Shown piece after piece: positions 51,779-64,000 of a stretch of DNA of 64,000 nt (position 1 is its first letter; every line of letters starts with the position of its first letter). The translations under genes and the position numbers were made by a program. This stretch comes from an uncultured Verrucomicrobiae bacterium (GTDB taxonomy: Bacteria > Verrucomicrobiota > Verrucomicrobiia > Chthoniobacterales > UBA10450): positions 971,159-1,035,158 of the forward strand of contig CAVSDR010000006.1 in assembly GCA_963726745.1 (NCBI GenBank), written 5' to 3'. The notes under the pieces were generated by a model. It made no database searches. It saw only the letters and a list, made by a program, of their open reading frames with translations, and had not been told where the DNA came from.

Positions 51779-53783
51779 TCACCGCCGCGAGACCTGCCAG
51801 TCTTCGAGGAGCTCGGTTGGGATCTCTTTCAGGAAGCGCGAGGGGCGCTGGAACATCTCGCCGTAGCCGGCGTTCAGGCGCATGTGCGGGTAGGTCAGAT
51901 AAAGCTCGTCGCGGGCGCGCGTGACCGCGACGTAAAACAGCCGGCGCTCTTCCTCGATCGCTTCGCGGGTGTCGAGCGAGCGGGTGCTGGGAAACATCCC
52001 ATCGGTCAGCCAGATGACGAAGACGGTGTGATACTCCAGGCCTTTCGCCTGGTGCACGGAGGAAAGGTTCACCGCTTCCTTGTCCTCGTTAGGCTGCGGC
52101 GCGGCCTCGGCGTCGACGTTGCTGATCAAGGCGAGCTGCGCGAGGAACTCGTTCACGTCTTTGAACTGCCGCGAGAAAGCTGCGAGCTGGTTCAGGTCTT
52201 CGCGCCGGAGCTCGTAGTTGCTGAAGTTCGCCTTGGCGTAGTCGTCGTAGATCGCTTCCACGATCGAGGTGATCATTTCCGCGGGCGGGTTCGGCACTCC
52301 GCCCGGCGCGATCTCGTCCAAAGTGTAGGCTAATTGCTCCCACGATTTCTTCGAGCGCGCGCCTACCGGCAACGCGCGCAGGCGTTCGCCCCAGTTCTTC
52401 AGGTCGCCGTCCGCCTCGAGCGATTTCTCCCAGGCGCTCCAGAGCCCGTCGGCGCTTTTGTTCCCGATACCGGGGAGAAGCTTCACCATCCGCTTGAACG
52501 CCACTTCGTCGCGCGGGTTGGCCACGAAGCGGATGAAGGCGGCCACGTCCTTGATGTGCGCCTGCTCGAAGAAACGCACCCCGCTGGTGATCTGGTAAGG
52601 GATGCCGCGGCGCGAGAGTTCGAGCTGCAGTTCGACCGCGTGATAATGCGCGCGATAAAGCACCGCGATCTCGTCCAGCTCGATGCCTTCATCGCGCAAC
52701 TCCAGGATGCGCTGCGCGACGAAGCGCGGCCTGCTCGCCGCCATCGTTCAAGCGCCACCACCGCGGGCTTGAGCTCATTCGTCGGCGCGCGTGGAGCTGA
52801 GCTCTTTTTTGAACTGCTCCACGTTCGGCGCGATCGCTGCGTTCGCGACCTAGAGAATCTCCGGCACGCTCCGGTAGTTCAGCTCGATCTTGAAGACCTG
52901 CGCGTCCGGGTAGCGCTCGGGAAAGGCGAGGATGTTTTTGAAGTTCGCGCCGCGCCACGAGTAGATCGATTGCGCGTCGTCGCCCACGACCATGACGTTG
53001 CGATGCTCGGCCGCGAGCGTGTCGATCAGGTCGGCCTGGATCTTGTTCGTGTCCTGATACTCGTCCACGAGGATGAACTGGAACTTTCGCTGGTAGAAAT
53101 CCGCCACCTCGCGGTGCTCCTTCAGCATCCGCAGGGTCTTCTCGAGGAGATCGTCGAAATCCATCGAGTTCGTCGCCTTTTTCTTCCGCTCGTAGCGCGC
53201 TTGCACGTCCTTGATCTGCTCGATCAAGGGCAGGAAATACGGGAACTTCTCCGCGAGGATTTCCTCCATCGTGCGCTCGGTGTTGACCGTGAAGCTGAAG
53301 AGATCGGCGAGCACATCGCCTTTCGGGAAACGGATTTCCTTCGGGTTAATCCCGGCCGCGGAGACCACGGTATCGATCAGGTCCTTCTGGTCTTCGCGAT
53401 CGAGAATGGTGAAGCCGCTGGAATATCCGAGCACGCTGCCGTGCCGCCGCAGCATCCGGTTGCCGATCGAGTGAAAGGTCCCGCCCCAGAGTCCGCTGGC
53501 GTCCACCGGCAGCAGGTTGGCCACGCGATCGAGCATCTGGCGCGCGGCTTTGTTGGTAAAAGTAAGCAGCAGGATGTTGCGCGGATCGACCCCGTTCTCG
53601 AGCAGGTAGGCCACGCGATAGGTCAGCGTGCGCGTCTTCCCGCGAGCCCGCGCCCGCGATCACCAGCAGCGGCCCGGGCGGCGCCGTGACCGCGGCATGC
53701 TGCTGCGGATTCAGCTCCCCCGCGTAATCGATGTGAATCCCCGTGGCCGAAGGAGCGCGTTGAAGGATGTATTCGCGAGACAT
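51779..53783 (-). CDS. uvrD: UvrD/PcrA/Rep family helicase (several apparent frameshifts: about 53640, 52850, 52740)
   Basis: LNPQQ, IAGAGSG|KT, LTFTNKAA, DEYQDTN, VGDDAQSIYSWRGA, NYRS, HQAKGLE, EERRLFYVAVTRA. Confidence 0.9.
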
Positions 53784-53850
53784 GGTAAAAAAATGGATCA
53801 ACGCTCCGCTGATCGGGCAGCGCTCGTGATCTTGATTACGTTCGGGGTCA

Positions 53851-53893
53851 CCACAGGATTGAGCCACAGATTAATACGGATGAAACACGGATT
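53851..53893. repeat. orphan left arm of the periodic repeat element
   Basis: CCACAGGATTGAGCCACAGATTAATACGGATGAAACACGGATT resembles 49900-49930; no partner arm nearby. Confidence 0.65.
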
Positions 53894-53989
53894 CGCAGGC
53901 GCTCAGCCGCCGAAGATCACGCTGACCCACGGGCTCCATTGACCGACGCGGTTGTCGCGAACGCAGTAGCTTTGCTTGGTAGGTCCACT

Positions 53990-54110
53990 TTGCGGGGAAG
54001 GCTCCGGTGGTTCTCGGTGCCCAATTTTGCGAGTAGGTTTTTGCCGTGCGTCTTCACGGTTTCGACCCCGAGAGTGAGAATGTCGGCTATTTCTGCGTCG
54101 GTTTTCCCGG
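53990..54110 (-). pseudogene. LuxR-type HTH remnant
   Basis: GKTDAEIADILTLGVETVKTHGKNLLAKLG with no credible upstream domain. Confidence 0.65.
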
Positions 54111-54268
54111 AAGCGGGGTTCCTCGAAAGAGGGAGATTTGATTGGCCGATGGGCCCGGGAGTTATCCGTTCTTTACATCGACGACACGGGATGGGCTTGC
54201 ATCTAGAGCGCGTAAGTAGTCGGATCAATCATTGAGTTCGCGCGGTCGGCGCGGGCCTCCTTCTTGTT

Positions 54269-57552
<3,284 letters not shown>

Positions 57553-57606
57553 TGCTCATCGCGGTGCTATGCGACCATCGCCTGAGAAAGGCCGGTGCGA
57601 GCCATG

Positions 57607-58323
57607 TTAATCAGCTCTCTTCCCGCGTCCCTGGCTACTGAGTTCCTCGAGCAACTCGATCTGGATCTGCTGAATTTCGAAAAGTCGCTGGTATTGCCGG
57701 CGCAAGAGGTGATCCACCTTCTCGTGCAAGTGGCGAATCTCGAGCTCGGCCTTCAGGTTCACCTTGTAGTCGTTTTCCGCCTGGAGGCGATCGCGCGCCT
57801 GCGCCCGGTTTTGGCTCATCATGATCACCGGCGCCTGCAGCGCCGCGAGGCAGGAGAGAATTAAGTTCAGGAGAATGAACGGGTAGGGATCGAAACCTTT
57901 CTCCGCCAAAGCCACCGCATTGAGCACAATCCAACCAACGAGGATGGCGCCAAAGAGCAGGATAAATCGCCAGCTGCCGCCAAATTCCGCGATCCGGTCG
58001 GAAAGGCGCTCGCCGAAAGTGAGCTTGCGTTCGAACCGGTGCTCGATGTTCTCCGAGAGCAGCTCGTGCTGCTGCAAACTCTCGACCACTTCCTGGTCGA
58101 GCGTAGAGAGCTCGCCCAGCTCGTCCTGCAGGGTGCGCTTGACGTATTCCTTCCGGAAGCGGCCCAGGTCCTCGAGGCAAATCGGTTGCCCGCTGTCCCA
58201 TCCCGGATGCTCCGCGGCGATGAACTCCGCCAGCGAAGGCCGCAAGCTTTCGCCGATCGCGACTTCGTCCGGGGCTTTGGCGCGGCCGCAGATTTGGCAG
58301 ACGACACTTTCAGGGCCAGCCAT
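57607..58323 (-). CDS. DUF1003 domain protein
   Basis: FGGSWRF...FDPYPFILLNLILSCLAALQAPVIMMSQNR...NLKAELEI. Confidence 0.93.
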   Translation of the reverse strand: MAGPESVVCQICGRAKAPDEVAIGESLRPSLAEFIAAEHPGWDSGQPICLEDLGRFRKEYVKRTLQDELGELSTLDQEVVESLQQHELLSENIEHRFERKLTFGERLSDRIAEFGGSWRFILLFGAILVGWIVLNAVALAEKGFDPYPFILLNLILSCLAALQAPVIMMSQNRAQARDRLQAENDYKVNLKAELEIRHLHEKVDHLLRRQYQRLFEIQQIQIELLEELSSQGRGKRAD

Positions 58324-58404
58324 GGTCGCGCCAGAATATCGTTCGCCGGCTTCCTGTCGATTCCTTGGTTGAACCAACGGGCGCGCTTTCTACCGTCACG
58401 CGCC

Positions 58405-58932
58405 ATGGAAGAAATCGAAGTGCCCCTGGAGCATTGCCACGAGCAAACGCATCACGCTGCCGAGCATGGCGGTGCGCCATGGATTTCGTGGGTCGCATTA
58501 AGCACCGCGATTCTGGCGGTGCTCGCGGCTATCACTGGTTTGCTTTCCGGCACGCGCGCGAACGAAGCCGTCATGAGTCAAATCGAGGCGGCCAATCGTT
58601 GGTCCTACTACCAGGCCAAGGGAATCAAGGCCGCGGTCCTCGACGCCAAGATGACCCTCGGCGCTGCGCCCACAGAGCAGGATCGCGAGAAGGCGCACCG
58701 CTACCAGGAAGAGCAGGCCGAGATTCAAAAAGAAGCGCGCGAGAAAGAGACGGAAGCGAAGCATAACTTCCACCAACACGAAGTCTTCGCGCGCGGCGTG
58801 ACCATGTTCCAGGTCGCGATCGCCGTTTCCGCAATCGCCGCGTTGACCAAGCGCCGGCGCTACTGGTTTCTCGGGCTCGCGCTCGGCGCCGCCGGCGGCG
58901 TCTTTCTCGTGCTCGGATTTCTCACGCACTAG
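58405..58932 (+). CDS. DUF4337 family membrane protein
   Basis: VALSTAILAVLAA...WSYYQAKGIK...FQVAIAVSAIAAL. Confidence 0.88.
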   Translation: MEEIEVPLEHCHEQTHHAAEHGGAPWISWVALSTAILAVLAAITGLLSGTRANEAVMSQIEAANRWSYYQAKGIKAAVLDAKMTLGAAPTEQDREKAHRYQEEQAEIQKEAREKETEAKHNFHQHEVFARGVTMFQVAIAVSAIAALTKRRRYWFLGLALGAAGGVFLVLGFLTH

Positions 58933-58965
58933 CGGGCGGCCGCGCGCGCTCCTAGTTTAAGGGCG

Positions 58966-59469
58966 ATGCGTGTCCTCGCGATCGATGCCTCCCTGCGTTG
59001 CTCCGGTGTGGCCGTGGTCGATGCCGGCGCGGGGAAGCCGCGCGCGCTTTATTTCGGCGTGATCCAAAACCATCCAAAGCTCCGGCCTTCCGCCTGCCTG
59101 GTGGCGATCCGCGAGCAGCTCTCCGATTTGATCCAGCTGCACCAGCCGGATTGCTGCGCGCTCGAGTCGGTCATCTACGTGCAGAGCCACAAAACAGCCA
59201 TCGCTCTCGGCGCGGCGCGCGGTGCGGCCATCCTCGCGGCCGCAGAGCGCGGGCTGCCGATTTTCGAATACGCGCCCACGCGGATCAAGCAGGCCACAGT
59301 CGGCCGCGGCGGCGCGGATAAGGGTCAGGTCGCGTTCATGATTCGCGCGCTGCTTGGCTTAACCGAAACGCCGCAGAGCGACGCGGCCGACGCGCTCGCC
59401 ATCGGCCTGACGCACCTGCGCGCTCAAGAAGCCGCCAAGCTCGGCGTGCCTACGGGAGCGCAGATTTGA
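58966..59469 (+). CDS. ruvC: crossover junction endodeoxyribonuclease
   Basis: LAID, ALES, LGAARG, EYAPTRIK...GGADKGQV, DAADALAI. Confidence 0.95.
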   Translation: MRVLAIDASLRCSGVAVVDAGAGKPRALYFGVIQNHPKLRPSACLVAIREQLSDLIQLHQPDCCALESVIYVQSHKTAIALGAARGAAILAAAERGLPIFEYAPTRIKQATVGRGGADKGQVAFMIRALLGLTETPQSDAADALAIGLTHLRAQEAAKLGVPTGAQI

Positions 59470-60107
59470 AAGCGCGCTGGCTTGGCCGCATCGGCTACGG
59501 CGAAGCGCTCGCGCTCCAGGAGGAGATCGTCGCGCGGCGTAAGGTCGACCCCTCGTTAGGCGACGAGCTCTTGCTCCTCGAGCACGAGCCGGTCTACACC
59601 ATCGGGCGCACGCCCGACCGCTCCAGCCTGCGCGACGCCGAGCACTTGCCGCATCCGCTTTTCCCGATCAACCGCGGCGGCCAGGCGACCTACCACGGAC
59701 CCGGCCAGCTTGTCGGCTATCCGATCATCAACCTGCGGCCCTACGGCCAGGATTTGCATCGCTACCTGCGCTGGATCGAGGAAACGCTCATTGTCCTCCT
59801 GGCGGAGTATGAGATCGGCGCACAAACGCAGGCCGGTCTCACCGGTGTCTGGGTGGCGGAACGTAAGATTGCCTCCATCGGCGTCGGCGTGCGCCAGTGG
59901 ATTACGATGCACGGTTTCGCGCTTAACGTCTGCGGCGACCTCTCGCCCTTCGACCAGATCGTCCCCTGCGGAATCGCAAACGTGGCCATGACTTCGATCG
60001 AAAAAGAGTCCGGCGCGGCCCCGACGGTCGAACATGTGGCAAGGAGCGCCGCGCGGCTGTTCGCCGACCGGCTGCCGCTCCTGCAACCAGCATCCATCGC
60101 TTTATGA
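59466..60107 (+). CDS. lipB: lipoyl(octanoyl) transferase
   Basis: LEHEPVYTIG, RGGQATYHGPGQLVGYP, KIASIG, HGFALN, IVPCG. Confidence 0.96.
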   Translation: MKARWLGRIGYGEALALQEEIVARRKVDPSLGDELLLLEHEPVYTIGRTPDRSSLRDAEHLPHPLFPINRGGQATYHGPGQLVGYPIINLRPYGQDLHRYLRWIEETLIVLLAEYEIGAQTQAGLTGVWVAERKIASIGVGVRQWITMHGFALNVCGDLSPFDQIVPCGIANVAMTSIEKESGAAPTVEHVARSAARLFADRLPLLQPASIAL

Positions 60108-60928
60108 TTCCACTGGAAGACAACGCTTTCGACATCCTTGGCAAGGCTCAGCGCGGCCTCGGCCTTTCCGACAGCCAGCTGGCCGAGAAGTCCGGCCAAA
60201 CAGTCGAGCAAGTGCGCCAACTCCGCGAAGGCCGCCTCAACGAGGCAACGGTGCGCGCGGTTGCGCCGATCCTTGGACTGCACACCGACTCCCTCTTGAA
60301 ACTTGCGCGCGGCGAGTGGCAACCGGAAGCGGTCACGCCGCCCGAGGGCCTGGCGATGTTCAACACCACCTATGGCGACATGACGGTGAATGCTTACCTC
60401 ATTTGGGATCCGCAGGCGCGCGCCGCGATTGCCTTCGATACCGGTGCGACCTGCGCGGAAATGCTCCAGCGGATCGAGCAGGAGAAGTTGTCGGTTAAAT
60501 TCATCCTGCTCACGCATGCGCACGCCGACCACATCGAGGATCTCGCGAAGCTTCAGGAAAAAACCGGCGCCCCCACGTATCTCTCGAGCAAGGAATCCGC
60601 CCGCAACGCCCAGCCGATCGAGGAAGGAATGCATTTCGAGTGCGGCGCTTTGCAGGTCGAGGCCCGCCTGACCTCCGGCCATTCCGCCGGCGGCATGACT
60701 TTTTTCATTAAGGGGCTCGCCCAACCGATGGCGGTCGTGGGCGACTCGATGTTTGCCGCCTCCATGGGCGGCGGCTCCGTCTCCTACGCGGACGCCATTC
60801 GAAACAACCTCGAGAAAATTCTGACTCTGCCTAACGAGACCATCATTTGCCCGGGCCACGGCCCGCTCACGACCGTAGCCAAAGAGAGAGCGGAGAACCC
60901 ATTCTTCGCCGGGAGGATTGCCCCGTGA
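60104..60928 (+). CDS. MBL-fold (glyoxalase II-like) hydrolase with N-terminal HTH-like domain
   Basis: LTHAHADH, GHSAGG, GDSMFA, ICPGHGP; N-terminal GLSDSQLAEKSG. Confidence 0.88.
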   Translation: MIPLEDNAFDILGKAQRGLGLSDSQLAEKSGQTVEQVRQLREGRLNEATVRAVAPILGLHTDSLLKLARGEWQPEAVTPPEGLAMFNTTYGDMTVNAYLIWDPQARAAIAFDTGATCAEMLQRIEQEKLSVKFILLTHAHADHIEDLAKLQEKTGAPTYLSSKESARNAQPIEEGMHFECGALQVEARLTSGHSAGGMTFFIKGLAQPMAVVGDSMFAASMGGGSVSYADAIRNNLEKILTLPNETIICPGHGPLTTVAKERAENPFFAGRIAP

Positions 60929-61809
60929 ACATTGGCTTTGTCGGCGTCGGCCGGATGGGCGCAAACATGGCGCGTCGCCTGAAGGATCGCGGCTATCACG
61001 TGACCACGCTTTACGACGCGCATCGCCCGAGCGCGACCGCGCTCGCCCAGGAAATCGGCGCAACCGCGGCGCCCACGCTGGGCGACGTGACCGCGGGCGC
61101 GGATGTGATTTTCACCGTCGTCACGGACGACGCCGCGATGCGCGGGATCTTTTCCGGCGAGGACAACTTGCTCGCGAATTCCCGCGGGAAGATTTTCATC
61201 AACTGCGCGACGGTCTCGCCGCAGGTGCATGAGGAGGTGGAAGCGCTGGCGGAGAAAGCGGCGCGCGCAGCCTCGAAGCCTGCATGGCCTCGAGCATCAC
61301 CCAGGCGCGCGAGGGTTCGCTTTACCTGATGTGCGGCGGGAAGCAGGAGGTCTTCGCGCAGGTCGAGCCGCTCCTGAAAGAGTTGAGCAGCTCGCTCCGC
61401 TTCGTCGGCCGGGCCGGCGAAGCCGCGAAGGTGAAAGCGCTGGTTAACATGGTGATGAACATCAACACCGCCGGGCTCGCCGAAGGCCTGGGTCTGGGCG
61501 ACGCGCTCGGGCTCGACCTGACGATGCTGCGCGAAGTTTTCTGCGCAAACCGGCGCCGATTCCCGCGTTCTCCAGACCGACGGCGAAGACATGCAAAACC
61601 GCGACCACGCTTGCTTCTTCTCCGCCGCCCATGCGGCCAAGGATAGCGGCATCGCGCTCGCGCTGGGCGAGGAAGCCGGGCTCGACCTCCCGCTGGCGCG
61701 CGCGACCAAAGCGCAGTTTGAGCGCATGATCGCGGCCGGATTCGGCGAGCTGGATAAATCGGGCATCGCCGAGCTGACCTTCCGGGGACGCGGCCAAACG
61801 AAAGGCTGA
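60925..61809 (+). CDS. 3-hydroxyisobutyrate dehydrogenase family oxidoreductase (apparent frameshifts near 61265 and 61548)
   Basis: IGFVGVGRMGANMA, ATVSP, KALVN, HAAKDS. Confidence 0.88.
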
Positions 61810-61813
61810 CGCA

Positions 61814-62131
61814 GTGGAAGGAACGTGCGCGATCTGTGGTCGCGAGGAGACGCTCACGCGGCATCACCTGATCCCGCGCACGCGGCACCACAACAAACGG
61901 AACAAGCGCGAGTTCGAGCGTGCGGTCGTCCGGCAGATCGTAGGCATCTGCCGGCCGTGCCATTCACAAATTCATCAACTCCTCTCGGAAAAGGAACTTG
62001 AGCGCGAATACCACACGGTCGAGAAACTGCGCGCCCATCCCGGGATCGCGAAATTTGCCGAGTGGATCGCAACCCGGCCGCGCGGTTTTAAGGCGGCGAT
62101 GCAACGCGCGCGGGCGCGGAAGTTGGCGTGA
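61814..62131 (+). CDS. small HNH-type Zn-binding protein
   Basis: CAICGR...TRHHLIP...CRPCHSQIH. Confidence 0.8.
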   Translation: MEGTCAICGREETLTRHHLIPRTRHHNKRNKREFERAVVRQIVGICRPCHSQIHQLLSEKELEREYHTVEKLRAHPGIAKFAEWIATRPRGFKAAMQRARARKLA

Positions 62132-62918
62132 GGATTCGCTCCGCGCCGGCGTAGACGTTCATCGTTTGGCCGCGCAGGAAGCCGACGAGCGTTTGCCCGC
62201 TCTCGGTCGCGAACTCGACGGCTAAACTCGTAGGCGCGGAGATCGCGGCCACGATCGGGATGCCGGCGGCGAGCGCCTTTTGCATCATCTCGAAGGAAAC
62301 GCGGCCGCTGAGCAAAAGCACGCGTCCGCGCAACGGAAGCGCGCCCTCGAGAAAAGCGCGGCCGATGATTTTATCCAGCGCATTGTGCCGGCCCACGTCT
62401 TCGCGCGCGACTTCCAGGTTGCCGTCTAAATCAAAGAGCGCACAGGCGTGGAGGCCGCCGGTGCGGGCAAAAGTTTCCTGCGCGGCGCGCAGCGCGTCGG
62501 GCAGGCGAAACAACGTCTCCGCGGACACGTGGCACCCGTCGGCAATGGCCGGAAAGCTTTGTTGCACCGCCGCGATCGTGGCCTTGCTGCAGATGCCGCA
62601 GCTTGAAGAGCTGAAGACATTCCGCGTGAGCTTTGCCGGATCGAAGGCGGCCGGATTGCGCAGGGTGACGTTGACCACCTGGTCGCCGGTCTCGCCGCAT
62701 TGCGTGATCTCGAAAAGGTCGCGCGGATCGCGCAGCAGATTTTCCGTGAGGAGAAAACCGGCGGCGAGCTCGCGGTCGTGCCCGGGAGTGCGCATGAGCA
62801 CGGCGACGCTTTGGCCTTCGACGCGCAATTCCAGCGGCGCTTCCGCGGCGACTTCATCCGGTTCACGGCGCGCGGCGCCGTCGGCGTGCAGGCGCAAAAT
62901 CGAAATCGGCGAACTCAT
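62088..62918 (-). CDS. fdhD: formate dehydrogenase accessory sulfurtransferase
   Basis: MRTPG, SSCGIC, TGGLHA, REDVGRHNALDK, SGRVSFE, SAPT, GFLR. Confidence 0.95.
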   Translation of the reverse strand: MSSPISILRLHADGAARREPDEVAAEAPLELRVEGQSVAVLMRTPGHDRELAAGFLLTENLLRDPRDLFEITQCGETGDQVVNVTLRNPAAFDPAKLTRNVFSSSSCGICSKATIAAVQQSFPAIADGCHVSAETLFRLPDALRAAQETFARTGGLHACALFDLDGNLEVAREDVGRHNALDKIIGRAFLEGALPLRGRVLLLSGRVSFEMMQKALAAGIPIVAAISAPTSLAVEFATESGQTLVGFLRGQTMNVYAGAERILTPTSAPARVASPP

Positions 62919-63469
62919 GGCAGATCGGCGGGCGTGTTGAGATTGGTGAACAGCGGCGCCTCCTCCTCGGTGATGGGTTGCGCCCTAACGAGTCCTTCCA
63001 GGAGGCACTCGCGGACGAAGTGTTGCAGCGAGAGTTGGCCGGTAGCCAGCAACTTCTCCGCGAGCGGCCGTGAGCTGGCCGGGTAAACCGCGCAGAGCGG
63101 CTCGAAAAAATCCCCGCGCTGCGGGACCACGCCCTCACCCCGGGCAAGCAAGGCTTGCAGGTAATCTGCCCGCATCGCTGGAAGATCGACCGCGAGCACA
63201 AGCAGCCGCTGCGTCTGCATGCGCCGCAGGCCGGCGACCAAACCGCCGAGCGGCCCACAGCCCGGCAAAGCGTCGGCTAAAATTTCGTAGTCGCTCCATT
63301 CCGCCCGCGGCGGCCCGGCGAGGAAAAGCTCGACCGGCGCGAGCGCCTGGAGCAATGCGCATTGCCGCTGCCAGAGCGGCTGGCCGTCGAACTCGAGAAA
63401 GGCCTTGTCGCGGCCCATGCGGCTCGACCTTCCGCCGGCGAGCAGGAGCGCGCTGAAGGCGGCGTTCAC
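62915..63469 (-). CDS. mobA: molybdenum cofactor guanylyltransferase
   Basis: LLAGGRSSRMGRDKA, GPLGG, AVDLP, EPLCAVY, NLNTP. Confidence 0.93.
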   Translation of the reverse strand: MNAAFSALLLAGGRSSRMGRDKAFLEFDGQPLWQRQCALLQALAPVELFLAGPPRAEWSDYEILADALPGCGPLGGLVAGLRRMQTQRLLVLAVDLPAMRADYLQALLARGEGVVPQRGDFFEPLCAVYPASSRPLAEKLLATGQLSLQHFVRECLLEGLVRAQPITEEEAPLFTNLNTPADLP

Positions 63470-63946
63470 GCGAGGAGCGCAAGCTCGGCAACGCCGGTGG
63501 TGAGCCAGCCATCCGAGAGAATCTCGGCGCGCAGACCACCCTTCCCTTTCAAGGCCTCGAAAGCGCCGGGGGCAAAGGCGGTGTCCATCCAGAAGCACGG
63601 CTTGCAGTGTTGCGTCCCGCGAAAGCGCACGCCCTGGAGCTCGAATTCTTTCCCGATCAAAGCCTGGAGATCGGCGCCGGAGACAAGGACGTTTCGGCGG
63701 AGCGCGCCGGCTGATTTCTCCACGCCGGGAAATTGCCCCTGGAGCCACTCAAAAACCTCACGCGCGAAAAACGTGACCTGGCCCTGGTAGTCGTCCTTGT
63801 AATCAAAGAAGCGATCACCGCGCAGGCCGCGGCCGGCGACGCACTCAATCGCGCGCGACTTCCTCAAGGGGAAATTGATCCGGCTCGCGCCCGGCGTGGC
63901 CGAAGTAGTTGTGACCCGCCGAAATGAAAATCTGGTGGATGATCAC
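63466..63946 (-). CDS. MOSC domain protein (apparent frameshift near 63860)
   Basis: GRGLRGDR, QVTF, RRNV, CKPC, GGLRAEIL; N-terminus VIIHQIFISAGHNYFGH in another frame. Confidence 0.85.
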
Positions 63947-64000
63947 GCCGGCAAAATAGCACACCCGCCTTGCACCCAAAGCCTGCGTCACGGACTTTTC

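Overview
High-GC (about 66% by eye) core-genome window. Gene content and protein style (double-length UvrA, a duplicated 'NxSTRG..VLIGG' C-terminal domain, many Ser/Thr-Pro linkers) suggest Verrucomicrobiota, probably Chthoniobacterales; this is inference. It holds about 55 mostly housekeeping genes (rpoN, mrdA, secG, mtnA, mazG, pckG, uvrA, lgt, exbBD-tonB, purD, purC, rnc, thiD, trpC, gatCA, mdh, malQ, uvrD/pcrA, ruvC, lipB, fdhD, mobA), one tRNA-Thr(CGT), and a lower-GC insert at about 53.9-57.6 kb encoding a large surface protein with a (Thr-Pro)72 linker. About 20 single-base frameshifts, some in essential genes, point to an unpolished long-read assembly. No CRISPR array, rRNA, transposase or phage gene was seen. 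The most striking signal is not a gene. The non-palindromic 9-mer GCCTAACGA/TCGTTAGGC occurs 28 times by manual count (about 0.4 expected), on both strands and in all six frames. It forces rare codons (TTA, CTA, AGG, CCT) into housekeeping genes, like a DNA-uptake sequence or a chromosome-wide protein-binding site. Other signals are interspersed periodic hairpin elements, divergent sigma-54 sites at rpoN next to two paralogous secreted mini-proteins, and an HxlR-unknown-LigC operon.
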